Assembly: GCA_965216315.1 (NCBI GenBank)
Contig: CBDCFN010000016.1
Coordinates: 1,888,001-1,952,000, forward strand
Direction: 5' to 3'
DNA length: 64,000 nucleotides
From: a bacterium
GTDB lineage: Bacteria > UBA10199 > 2-02-FULL-50-16 > JAJFLM01
Below are positions 48,063-57,163 of the stretch, in pieces. The position numbers and the translations under genes were made by a program. The notes below the pieces were generated by a model. That model did not search any database and was not told the origin of the DNA. It worked only from the letters and a program-made list of their open reading frames with translations. The first letter of the stretch is position 1; each line of letters starts with the position of its first letter.

Positions 48063-48097
48063 AGTCTAAATTATAGTCTAAATTTTGATCATTTCAA
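48061..48097 (-). promoter_or_regulatory. sigma-70 promoter with a 12-bp tandem operator repeat, leaderless
   Basis: Minus strand TTGAAA-N16-TATAAT-N7-ATG; ATAGTCTAAATT x2 at 48061-48084. Confidence 0.7.
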
Positions 48098-48186
48098 GAA
48101 AAGCTTTCGCATGCTCTTATCATTAATGACAATATTACCATCTTGATAATGGACCCTGCGGAGCTGAATGCAGTAAAATCAAATAT

Positions 48187-48199
48187 AATCAATAAGTTG
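48187..48199. promoter_or_regulatory. IHF-type binding site
   Basis: AATCAATAAGTTG matches WATCAANNNNTTR exactly, in an AT-rich intergenic region. Confidence 0.35.
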
Positions 48200-48361
48200 G
48201 AGCCTTTTCGCCTGACGCAATGTCGACTTACTTATTGCTGCAATTAGTGAGTGGATTGAGTTATCCTTGAAACCAAGGGGTCTCGTAAAACGAGTTTCGC
48301 TGATCCGATTTTCCATCCTGGTGTCATTCCGCCTGAAGAGTAATAAGCCCACATATCGGCT

Positions 48362-48712
48362 TCACTCCTTTCGACTCAAGAAATCCAGCGCTATCGCTAG
48401 CGATTTGCGGACCGGCAAGGTCGCGACCATAATAACAAGGGCAATCCCAACAACGAGCATACGTGCGCCCCAATTCGTTGGAAAACCGATTAACAAAAAC
48501 CCGATAACGAATAGTCCGGTAATGGCGGCGGTACTGATATACATAAACGCCATCCCATCCACCTTATCGGCGAAGAAAACCCAACGGCAAACACGACATT
48601 GCTCATGAAGTTGGTTCCACCGCCTATAAAGAGTCGCCTTACCGCAACGAGGACAACGAAGTCGGAAGCCCCGTCTCAAAACCCTCCATAAAGTCAGCTG
48701 AGGTTCATACAT
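48362..48712 (-). CDS. DUF983-like Zn-ribbon membrane protein
   Basis: RCPRCG..LY...CRVC followed by 2 TM helices. Confidence 0.75.
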   Translation of the reverse strand: MYEPQLTLWRVLRRGFRLRCPRCGKATLYRRWNQLHEQCRVCRWVFFADKVDGMAFMYISTAAITGLFVIGFLLIGFPTNWGARMLVVGIALVIMVATLPVRKSLAIALDFLSRKE

Positions 48713-48953
48713 CCCAACATCCTAATCAGTCTGAATCACAAACTCAAAAGCGTAAAAAGACCCTATAAATACTGGACATTTGCACGTGCTATATAAAATT
48801 TATATTATTTTTCGAGTAGTTATGTAGGTTTCCTATACCATGTCTAAGAGCGGGCTTTAAGTAGACGATATTAAGCCCCAAATAGAACGCTATCCACAAG
48901 GCGGAAAAACTGTAAAAACCCTTTATTTTCAGATAATTAGCCCCACTTTGCTC

Positions 48954-49016
48954 TTGACACTTTGAGGTCCCCCGCGTACATTGCCCAAGATGTGGGAAGA
49001 AGTGGGGAATATTGGT
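48954..49016 (+). promoter_or_regulatory. dcw (mraZ) promoter with MraZ-binding repeats
   Basis: TTGACA-N17-TACATT, then GTGGG/GTGGG/TTGGT at a 10-bp period (48992, 49002, 49012). Confidence 0.75.
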
Positions 49017-49034
49017 TAATCTTGGAGAGCTAAG

Positions 49035-49475
49035 GTGTTTAGAGGCAGATACGAGCACAGCATAGATCAGAAAGGGCGCATCAGCATTCCCTCCAAGTTT
49101 CGCGAGATCCTTGGGGCCCAGTACGATGAGCGCCTTATCATCACCAACTTTGACCAATGCCTTTGGGCCTACCCGGTTGCCGAATGGAAAAAAGTCGAAG
49201 CCAAGGTGGCCTCTCTTCCCCAACTCAAGCCAGAGGTCAAAGCCCTCCAAAGATTTTTTATTTCCGCGGCCAGCGAATCGCCGCTTGATAAACAAGGACG
49301 CATTCTCATTCCACCGACACTTAGGGAGTACGCAGACTTAGATAAAGACTGCGTAATGGTGGGCATGAGTCAACGCATTGAAATCTGGTCACTTGATCGT
49401 TGGAACAAAGTCTTTATGGATGCCGAACAGACTTTGCAGGACTCTATTGAACAACTTACTGATTTGGGGATCTAA
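49035..49475 (+). CDS. mraZ: transcriptional regulator MraZ
   Basis: DQKGR and DKQGR repeats; GGAG SD. Confidence 0.96.
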   Translation: MFRGRYEHSIDQKGRISIPSKFREILGAQYDERLIITNFDQCLWAYPVAEWKKVEAKVASLPQLKPEVKALQRFFISAASESPLDKQGRILIPPTLREYADLDKDCVMVGMSQRIEIWSLDRWNKVFMDAEQTLQDSIEQLTDLGI

Positions 49476-49476
49476 T

Positions 49477-49854
49477 ATGCATGCAAACAGCAACATTCAT
49501 ATCAAGCGCATTGATGACGTTGCAATAATTAAACCTCAAGGTGACCTTGAGCGCTATTTAGAAACAAACCTTTCAAAGTTGTTAAGCTCTCTCATAAATT
49601 CAAATTCTTTCAAGGTCATTCTCGATCTTTCTGAAGTCAACCATATTCACTACGACCTCCTCAAGCGTCTGACTCAAACTGTCGCGCTCTTCCAAGGGCT
49701 TGAAGGTGATTTATTATTTGCGTCCGCAACACCATATGTCAGAAAAATTTTTCAAGCAGTGGCCTGCGACGTTGGTCGCCATATTTTCAATTCAATTGGA
49801 GAGGCCCTTTTAAGTTTTGATAGGCCAACATTTTCGAGCCAGGCACTCCATTGA
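49477..49854 (+). CDS. STAS-domain protein
   Basis: IIKPQGDL, VILDLSEV and GDLLFASATPYVRKIF motifs. Confidence 0.8.
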   Translation: MHANSNIHIKRIDDVAIIKPQGDLERYLETNLSKLLSSLINSNSFKVILDLSEVNHIHYDLLKRLTQTVALFQGLEGDLLFASATPYVRKIFQAVACDVGRHIFNSIGEALLSFDRPTFSSQALH

Positions 49855-50759
49855 CGAGTGATGAACGACATATTCCGGTAATGGTGAATGAAGTTTTAAC
49901 AGCATTGCAACCAGGACCCGGAAAGATTTTTTTGGATGGTACGGTTGGCTATGGCGGACACGCTCAAGCCCTCTTGAAGGCATCGGGAAGCGGCACACAA
50001 TTATTAGGGATTGATCGAGATTCAAAGGCACTCGCAGCGGCACATGAAAAATTGAAGGAATTCGGATCAAACGTTATGCTTTGTCACAGTACTTTTCATA
50101 AATTTGCTGAGGTTTTAGATGAAGCGGAAATTTCCGCTGTTGACGGTATGTTACTCGACTTAGGAGTATCATCTGTTCAACTTGACGAAGCAGGACGCGG
50201 CTTCAGTTTTCAGAACGATGGGCCCTTAGACATGCGTATGGATAGAGGGCTGGAGACAAGCGCAGCCGACATAGTTAATGAGTGGCCCGTCAACGACCTC
50301 GCTGATCTTATCTATGAATTGGGCGAAGAAAGACTCTCACGACGTTATGCACGTGCAATCGGTCAGGCGCGGACCAAAGCAAGAATTGAAACGACGAAAC
50401 AACTTGCCGATATTATTCTACGCGCCAATCCGCGCAAAGGTTGGCAGCGAATTCATCCGGCAACTCGCACCTTTCAAGCCCTGCGCATTGCCGTCAATGA
50501 AGAACTCAAGGAATTAGATGAATTTCTGAACAACTTCATCCCCTATTTGAGGCCCAACGGCCGCGTAGCCATCATCAGTTATCATTCATTGGAAGACAGG
50601 CGCGTCAAACAAGCCTTCCGGCAAGCCAAACTGGAGGGGAAATTAGCGCTTCTCAGTAAAAAACCGGAAATTCCGAGCAAAGAGGAGCTTGAATCGAATC
50701 CACGTTCCCGTTCAGCCAAACTGCGAAGTGCCATTAAGCTCAACCAGGAGAATCTATGA
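49851..50759 (+). CDS. rsmH: 16S rRNA m4C1402 methyltransferase
   Basis: HIPVM, DGTVGYGGH, DLGVSS, HSLEDR and NPRSRSAKLR motifs. Confidence 0.97.
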   Translation: MTSDERHIPVMVNEVLTALQPGPGKIFLDGTVGYGGHAQALLKASGSGTQLLGIDRDSKALAAAHEKLKEFGSNVMLCHSTFHKFAEVLDEAEISAVDGMLLDLGVSSVQLDEAGRGFSFQNDGPLDMRMDRGLETSAADIVNEWPVNDLADLIYELGEERLSRRYARAIGQARTKARIETTKQLADIILRANPRKGWQRIHPATRTFQALRIAVNEELKELDEFLNNFIPYLRPNGRVAIISYHSLEDRRVKQAFRQAKLEGKLALLSKKPEIPSKEELESNPRSRSAKLRSAIKLNQENL

Positions 50760-51127
50760 AAGCGAGACGCAAACAAACAAAAGGCGTCATGACACGCATT
50801 CGGCGCAATGGTCGAATCGGAGCCGCCGCTATCCAAAAGAAGCGCCGCGTTCGAGATGCCGCTATCGTGCTGTCACTTTTTGTCATTATCTCACTTTTCT
50901 GGGTTTGGTCGCGTGTCGCTGTCCTGCAGACAGGGTATCGTGTTCATCACCTTGCACGTCAATATCATAAGTTGGAAGACAAATATCGCGCCCTAAAACT
51001 TGAAGAGGCAACATTAAAGACACCGCATCGTTTAGTACCTTTAGCTAAGAAGGATCTAGGACTGATGCAACCAAGTCCTGATCAAGTTGTAATCGTACCT
51101 GAATCAATCCGAATCGCTGAGCAGTGA
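50756..51127 (+). CDS. ftsL: cell division protein FtsL
   Basis: Single TM plus coiled coil, LGLMQP, position between rsmH and ftsI. Confidence 0.85.
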   Translation: MKARRKQTKGVMTRIRRNGRIGAAAIQKKRRVRDAAIVLSLFVIISLFWVWSRVAVLQTGYRVHHLARQYHKLEDKYRALKLEEATLKTPHRLVPLAKKDLGLMQPSPDQVVIVPESIRIAEQ

Positions 51128-53109
51128 CACAAAAACAAACGTTATTAGCAAAAAGAAAGCAAACGGCCAGCATCAAGAGGAGGATGTTTATGATTTTTCT
51201 CACCTTTGGTTTGAGTTTCGGCATACTCGGCTATCGAGGCGTCAAACTCCATACAAAGCCGGATAACAAAATCGAAAACCTGGCAGAACGCCAGTACACT
51301 AAAACGGTCAGACCCGTGCCGATACGAGGCAACATTTATGATCGACGCGGACAAGAACTAGCCGTTAGCGTATCAAGTTATTCCCTAGCCGTTCACCCTC
51401 ACTTGGTTAGCAATAGCAGTCAACTCGCACGGCAACTATCCACCATCCTCAATATGAAAAGCCGCGATATACGAAAGAAATTGAGCAGCAGCCGCAAATT
51501 TATTTGGATTAAGCGGCGTCTCATGCCAGAAGAAGTCGAACGGATAGAACGTCTCAACGAACCAGCGCTCAATCTCCAAAAAGAGGCACGTCGTTATTAC
51601 CCCAATCGTGAATTAGCCAGCCAAATACTCGGTGCCGTCGGCTATGATGGCGAGGGACTTGGCGGGTTGGAACTTTCCTATGATGATTATCTGCGCGGTC
51701 CCGAAGCTAAAGAAGTAGCCTATCGCGATGCACGTGGCGCTATTTTTGATAGCTCAGAAAATCTGCTCGATTCTGATGCGGTCTCACATCTTCAACTCAC
51801 CATTGATCGTAATGTCCAGTACGTTGCAGAAACAGAGCTAGCCACCGCAGCTCATCGCCTTAAGATCAAAAAAGGGACTGTCGTTGTCATGGATCCTCGT
51901 TCCGGGGCCATACTGGCAATGGCCTCCTACCCGCGATTTAACCCGAATACTTATTCCAACTATGAACTGGAGAAGTGGCGAAATGTCGCCCTGTCCGATT
52001 CCTTTGAACCGGGCTCCGTGTTTAAGGCGATCACCGCAGCGGCTGCGCTTGAATCAGGCAAGTTTGATACAGATTCGCATATTTATTGCGAAAATGGCCG
52101 TTTGCAAATTGGGAGTACGGTCATTAAAGATCATGAACAATACGGTAATCTGAGCTTTGGTGAGATTCTAAAATACTCTTCCAATATAGGAACGGCTAAA
52201 TTAGCCGACTCTATAGGCAAAAAAGAACTTTATAAGGTCATTCAGCGTTTTGGCTTCGGTAATAAGACAGGAGTTGATTTTCCTGGAGAAGCCCCCGGGT
52301 CAGTCCGTAATTACGAGACTTGGCATCCGGTTGATTTGGCTGCGGCTTCATTTGGCCAAGGATTGAATACGACGGCACTTCAAGTTGCCAGCGCTTATTC
52401 GACGATCGCCAACAACGGCAAACGAATGAAACCCTATTTAGTCGAAAAGATTACTCGACCAAACGGTGAAGTCATTAAAGAGTTTGAACCTAAAGCACTG
52501 GGAACAGTCATTCGCCCCGAAACCGCCAAGACAGTCGCCTTCTTATTGGAAGCGGTGACGCAAAAAGGCGGTACGGGCACCGCGGCAGCCATTCCAGGTT
52601 ATCGCGTTGCCGGTAAAACCGGGACGGCTCAAAAATTTGATACGGCTAAGAAGGCCTACTCGAAAACGGATTATTTCAGTTCCTTTGTTGGCTTTGCTCC
52701 GGCAGACAACCCCAGGCTTGTCGTCTACGTCGGCCTCGATAGCCCCAAAGGAGATCGGATATATGGAGGACAGATTGCAGCGCCAATATTCCGCAATGTG
52801 ATGAGCGCATCGCTCTATCAATTTAAATTGCCACCGACACAACGAACTCTGCCCCTGGCCCTCGAAGACACGGCACCACGTGGCGCAGATATCACAGATC
52901 ACGTCGGTAGCAGCCCATTAGCATCGGCATCACGAGTCGTCCCCGATTTTTCAGGTCTCTCCATCCAGCAAGCGATGGAATTAGTAAATGGCCGTGGTTT
53001 TACGATTGATATCGACGGCAGTGGGGTTGCGTATCGACAAGAACCCACGCCGGGCAGAGTTCTCAACGACGATGAGGTCTGTCGCGTTTATTTTAAGCAA
53101 GCGTCGTAA
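51124..53109 (+). CDS. ftsI: class B PBP (FtsI) with C-terminal PASTA domain
   Basis: RGNIYDR, EPGSVFK, SSN, KTGTAQ and VPDFSG motifs. Confidence 0.95.
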   Translation: MTQKQTLLAKRKQTASIKRRMFMIFLTFGLSFGILGYRGVKLHTKPDNKIENLAERQYTKTVRPVPIRGNIYDRRGQELAVSVSSYSLAVHPHLVSNSSQLARQLSTILNMKSRDIRKKLSSSRKFIWIKRRLMPEEVERIERLNEPALNLQKEARRYYPNRELASQILGAVGYDGEGLGGLELSYDDYLRGPEAKEVAYRDARGAIFDSSENLLDSDAVSHLQLTIDRNVQYVAETELATAAHRLKIKKGTVVVMDPRSGAILAMASYPRFNPNTYSNYELEKWRNVALSDSFEPGSVFKAITAAAALESGKFDTDSHIYCENGRLQIGSTVIKDHEQYGNLSFGEILKYSSNIGTAKLADSIGKKELYKVIQRFGFGNKTGVDFPGEAPGSVRNYETWHPVDLAAASFGQGLNTTALQVASAYSTIANNGKRMKPYLVEKITRPNGEVIKEFEPKALGTVIRPETAKTVAFLLEAVTQKGGTGTAAAIPGYRVAGKTGTAQKFDTAKKAYSKTDYFSSFVGFAPADNPRLVVYVGLDSPKGDRIYGGQIAAPIFRNVMSASLYQFKLPPTQRTLPLALEDTAPRGADITDHVGSSPLASASRVVPDFSGLSIQQAMELVNGRGFTIDIDGSGVAYRQEPTPGRVLNDDEVCRVYFKQAS

Positions 53110-53111
53110 TA

Positions 53112-53180
53112 GGGGCTCACGTCGCCCCCTCCATCGGCAAAGCCGCTGGAGCCTCCCCCTCTCGCTCACGTTGTTCGCTA
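53112..53180. repeat. 69-bp REP-like element, family A copy 2
   Basis: 63/69 identical to 12335-12403; sits between ftsI and murE. Confidence 0.85.
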
Positions 53181-53199
53181 GGGGGGAAAGAGAAGTTGA

Positions 53200-54699
53200 A
53201 TGAAACAAAAACTAAAGGAACTTATGAACGGCTTAGTTGACGCCGCCAACATTCCAGACATTGATATCGCAGGGATCACTTACGACTCGCGCCAAGTGAA
53301 ACCGGGATACCTCTTCGCAGCTCTCCCTGGAACCGAACACGACGGCCATGATTATGTCTCACAGGCGATTAGCAATGGCGCCAGCATCGTGATAGGATCA
53401 CAATCACTCACAAATCTTTCAGTCCCTTATATTTGTGTAGACTCTCCACGTCGCACCCTTGCTATTATAGCAGCCCGCTTTAACGGAGATCCAACCCGTG
53501 ACATGCCAGTCATTGGCATTACGGGAACAAACGGTAAAACAACTTGTTCTTATCTTATTGAATCAATTTTGAGTACAGCCGGATACCGGCCGGCTGTCGT
53601 TGGAACCATCAATTATCGATACGGAAGCGAGGTGACTACCGCATCTCATACAACGCCCGAGGCGGTTGACCTTCAGGCCTGGATTGCCGCCGCCAAGACA
53701 GGAGGCGCCAATGCCTTGGTCATGGAAATTTCTTCACATGGCATTGCGATGGATCGAGCCCGCGCTTGCCATTTAGACATCGCCGCCTTCACAAATCTCA
53801 GCCAAGATCATCTGGATTTCCATGGCACCCTTGAGGATTACTTTGAAACAAAGCGCCGGCTTTTTACCGAACTTCTCCCTGAAAGTCTCAAAGACAGGAA
53901 AACCGCGGTGGTTAATTGGGATGACTCTTATGGTCAGGAGCTAAGTGCCTCTATTGATATTCCAACCATTCGTATTGGTTCGGAAGAAGGCATGGATTAT
54001 CGCGCCACAGCGGCTCAATTGGATGCCAATGGAATTCGTGCAACTATCCAGACACCTGATGGCTCGTTCCCCATTACGAGCCCCCTGATTGGTGAGTTCA
54101 ACCTTCATAATATTCTCTTATCAATTGCATGTTGTCATCTTCTTGGCGTTTCTTTTCATCAGCTGGCTGAAGGCGTCCACAACCTCAATGGCGTACCCGG
54201 GCGACTTGAACGTGTCGCTAATAACCGCAAACTTAAAGTTTTTGTCGATTATGCCCATACCCCGGATGCCTTGCGTCGCGTCCTTGAAGCCGTCAAAGGT
54301 TTTACGTCCAAAGGCCGTTTGATCACGGTATTCGGCTGCGGTGGCGACCGAGATCCTGAAAAAAGACCTCTCATGGGTAATACCGTCGCAAGACTGAGTG
54401 ACATCGCAATCGTCACTTCTGACAATCCACGGACTGAAGACGCGCAACAAATTATTGACCAGATCATCCCCGGCATCCGCGCCCAACGCATTACGCCTTA
54501 TGAGGAGAAGAGCCGAAGAGGCTATATGATCGAGGCGGATCGTCGCAAAGCTATTTTCAAGGCCATCGAACTGGCGCGACCTAATGATATCGTTGTCCTC
54601 GCCGGCAAAGGGCACGAAGACTACCAAATTCTCGGAAAAGACAAGATTCATTTTGATGATCGTGAAGAAGCACTAAAGGCCTGCGAGGCCTTAGGATGA
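53200..54699 (+). CDS. murE: UDP-MurNAc-tripeptide synthetase (mDAP-type)
   Basis: GTNGKTT, DYAHTPD, SDNPR and AGKGHE motifs. Confidence 0.96.
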   Translation: MKQKLKELMNGLVDAANIPDIDIAGITYDSRQVKPGYLFAALPGTEHDGHDYVSQAISNGASIVIGSQSLTNLSVPYICVDSPRRTLAIIAARFNGDPTRDMPVIGITGTNGKTTCSYLIESILSTAGYRPAVVGTINYRYGSEVTTASHTTPEAVDLQAWIAAAKTGGANALVMEISSHGIAMDRARACHLDIAAFTNLSQDHLDFHGTLEDYFETKRRLFTELLPESLKDRKTAVVNWDDSYGQELSASIDIPTIRIGSEEGMDYRATAAQLDANGIRATIQTPDGSFPITSPLIGEFNLHNILLSIACCHLLGVSFHQLAEGVHNLNGVPGRLERVANNRKLKVFVDYAHTPDALRRVLEAVKGFTSKGRLITVFGCGGDRDPEKRPLMGNTVARLSDIAIVTSDNPRTEDAQQIIDQIIPGIRAQRITPYEEKSRRGYMIEADRRKAIFKAIELARPNDIVVLAGKGHEDYQILGKDKIHFDDREEALKACEALG

Positions 54700-56087
54700 A
54701 ACTAAACGTTATGGAAGTTATTGAATCCAGTACCGCACGTATTCGGCAACAAGGAAACGCTGACTATTTCACTTCAGTGACAACAGATTCACGCCATGTT
54801 AAAGCAGGTGCCCTCTTCTGCGCGCTTTCCGGTGAGCATTTCGATGGACATAAATTTGTCAGCACGGCTTTTCGAAAAGGTGCAAGTGGCGCCTTAGTTC
54901 GCAAAGGAAAATCCATTAAAGCTCCGCGCGGTCGCTGGGTCCTCTCCGTCGACGATACTTTAACAGCACTCGGAGACATCGCCGCCGCTTGGCGTCGGCA
55001 TTTTAATATCCCGCTCGTCGGTGTTACTGGAAGCAATGGAAAAACCACAACAAAGGAAATGATCGCTCAGACTTTAGCTGCCCGTTACAAAGTTCTTAAA
55101 ACAGAAGGGAACTACAACAACCTGATTGGCGTTCCGTGGACCCTTTTCAAGCTAAATCGTCGCCACCAAGTCGCCGTATTGGAAATGGGAATGAATATTC
55201 CCGGTGAAATCGAGAGGCTCGCCACGATTGCGCAACCTCAGGTTGGCGTTATTACCAACATTGCGCGTGCCCATCTTGAGGGACTTGGATCGATAGCGGC
55301 TATTGCGCGCGCTAAAAGTGAGCTAATCCAGCAGTTACCCGGAGATGGACTCGCAGTCATCAACGCAGATGATCCCCGCGTCCTCCAAATTGCTCGCAAG
55401 ACACGTGCCGAAATCCTCACTTATGGTTTCGGTTCAGACGCCATGATTCGCGGAAAGAAATATAAGAGCAACGGCTTCTCCGGTTCGCAATTTGAAATCC
55501 GTCTAAACCATAAACTTCATACAATCCGTTTAAATCTGCCTGGCCGTTATAATGCGTTGAATGCCCTCGCCGCGGTGGCTATCGGCCAATATCTCAAAAT
55601 CCCCGCAACAGCTATGATTAGAGCATTGCGAAATGTAAAACTTCCGGGAAGTCGCCTCAAGCAAATCAAGCTTCGCAATGGCACTCACATCATTAATGAT
55701 TGCTACAACGCAAATCCGGATTCGGTTCTGCAAGCCCTTACCAACCTGACTTATGCACCAAAACGTCAACGCCGCGTGGCGATTCTTGGTGACATGCTCG
55801 AACTCGGCCAACACAGTGCGCGGACGCATCGAGAAATTGGGCGAGCCGCCGTTAAAGTCGGCGTTGATGAATTAATCGCCGTCGGCGAGCAAGCGGATGA
55901 TATCGCTCGCGGCGCCCGGCAAGCCGGACTCCATAAGGATCAAATACACTGTTACGAAAATGCCACGAAAGCAGGAAAGGCTATTTCCAAACATATTCAC
56001 GGCGGCGATTTGATTCTCGTTAAAGGTTCACGTGGAGTGCAATTAGAACGGGTTATAGATTCACTTAAAGGAAAGAGGGTCCGGTAA
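54696..56087 (+). CDS. murF: UDP-MurNAc-tripeptide:D-Ala-D-Ala ligase
   Basis: GSNGKTTTKE, NDCYNANP, GDMLELG and KGSRG motifs. Confidence 0.96.
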   Translation: MKLNVMEVIESSTARIRQQGNADYFTSVTTDSRHVKAGALFCALSGEHFDGHKFVSTAFRKGASGALVRKGKSIKAPRGRWVLSVDDTLTALGDIAAAWRRHFNIPLVGVTGSNGKTTTKEMIAQTLAARYKVLKTEGNYNNLIGVPWTLFKLNRRHQVAVLEMGMNIPGEIERLATIAQPQVGVITNIARAHLEGLGSIAAIARAKSELIQQLPGDGLAVINADDPRVLQIARKTRAEILTYGFGSDAMIRGKKYKSNGFSGSQFEIRLNHKLHTIRLNLPGRYNALNALAAVAIGQYLKIPATAMIRALRNVKLPGSRLKQIKLRNGTHIINDCYNANPDSVLQALTNLTYAPKRQRRVAILGDMLELGQHSARTHREIGRAAVKVGVDELIAVGEQADDIARGARQAGLHKDQIHCYENATKAGKAISKHIHGGDLILVKGSRGVQLERVIDSLKGKRVR

Positions 56088-57163
56088 TGTTCTACGAATT
56101 TCTCTACCCCTTACACGCGGAACATATCCTCTTTAATGTTTTTCGCTATATTACGTTCAGGTCTTTTGGCGGCCTTATGACCGCACTCGCTATTTATCTT
56201 CTCTTTGGAAAAATCTTCATTACACGCTTACGCTCCTGGCAAGCCACTCAATTTATCCGCGAAGAAGGCCCCCAAAGTCACCAAGTCAAGAGCGGAACTC
56301 CAACGATGGGTGGACTCCTCATGATAGTCGCCATTACGATTTCGACCTTGCTCTGGGGCAATCTGCATAGCATCCCCGTATTGTGCGTCTTAGCGCTCCT
56401 GCTCCTTTATGCAGGCATCGGCCTCGCCGATGACCTCATGAAGATCCGTGGTAAAACCAATCAAGGCCTCTCCGGACGCATGAAATTGCTACTTCAAGGC
56501 AGCATCGCCGCTGGCTTTGCCATCTGGCTTTTATATGGCCACGGCATAGATACCAGCCTCTCGGTTCCATTTGTTAAAACATTTCAGCCTGAATTATCAT
56601 TTTGGTACATTCCATTCGCAGTCCTCGTCATCGTCGGCGCCTCTAACGCAGTCAACCTTACCGATGGCCTCGATGGCCTTGCAGCGATGCCGACTATTGT
56701 CGCGTTCGCAACCTATGCTTTTATCGCCTATGCCGTTGGACATGCCAAAATCGCCGGCTATTTGCAGCTTCCTCACATCGTTGATGGTGGTGAGCTGGCG
56801 GTTCTCTGCGGAGCTATTATCGGGGCTGGCATCGGTTTTTTATGGTTTAACACGTATCCGGCTGAAATTTTCATGGGCGATGTCGGCTCTCTTTCGCTCG
56901 GCGGCGCCTTGGGCTTTGTCAGCCTATTCACCAAGAACGAATTGCTCCTCGCTATCGTCGGCGGAATTTTTGTTCTCGAAGCCCTCTCCGTTATCACCCA
57001 AGTTTGTTCATTTAAATTAACGGGACGACGAATATTTCGCATGGCACCGTTGCATCACCACTTTGAATTAAAAGGATGGCCTGAACCAAAAGTCATCGTT
57101 CGCTTTTGGATCATATCATTCATCTTGGCGATGATAGCATTGAGTACTTTAAAGTTACGCTAA
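56087..57163 (+). CDS. mraY: phospho-MurNAc-pentapeptide transferase
   Basis: GTPTMGG, NAVNLTDGLDG, FMGDVGS and MAPLHHH motifs. Confidence 0.97.
   Translation: MFYEFLYPLHAEHILFNVFRYITFRSFGGLMTALAIYLLFGKIFITRLRSWQATQFIREEGPQSHQVKSGTPTMGGLLMIVAITISTLLWGNLHSIPVLCVLALLLLYAGIGLADDLMKIRGKTNQGLSGRMKLLLQGSIAAGFAIWLLYGHGIDTSLSVPFVKTFQPELSFWYIPFAVLVIVGASNAVNLTDGLDGLAAMPTIVAFATYAFIAYAVGHAKIAGYLQLPHIVDGGELAVLCGAIIGAGIGFLWFNTYPAEIFMGDVGSLSLGGALGFVSLFTKNELLLAIVGGIFVLEALSVITQVCSFKLTGRRIFRMAPLHHHFELKGWPEPKVIVRFWIISFILAMIALSTLKLR

Noticed and set aside
48267..48608. 113-aa plus-strand ORF; also 48789-49295 on the minus strand
   Set aside because: Antisense to the DUF983-like gene and to mraZ with its promoter, respectively; no motifs.
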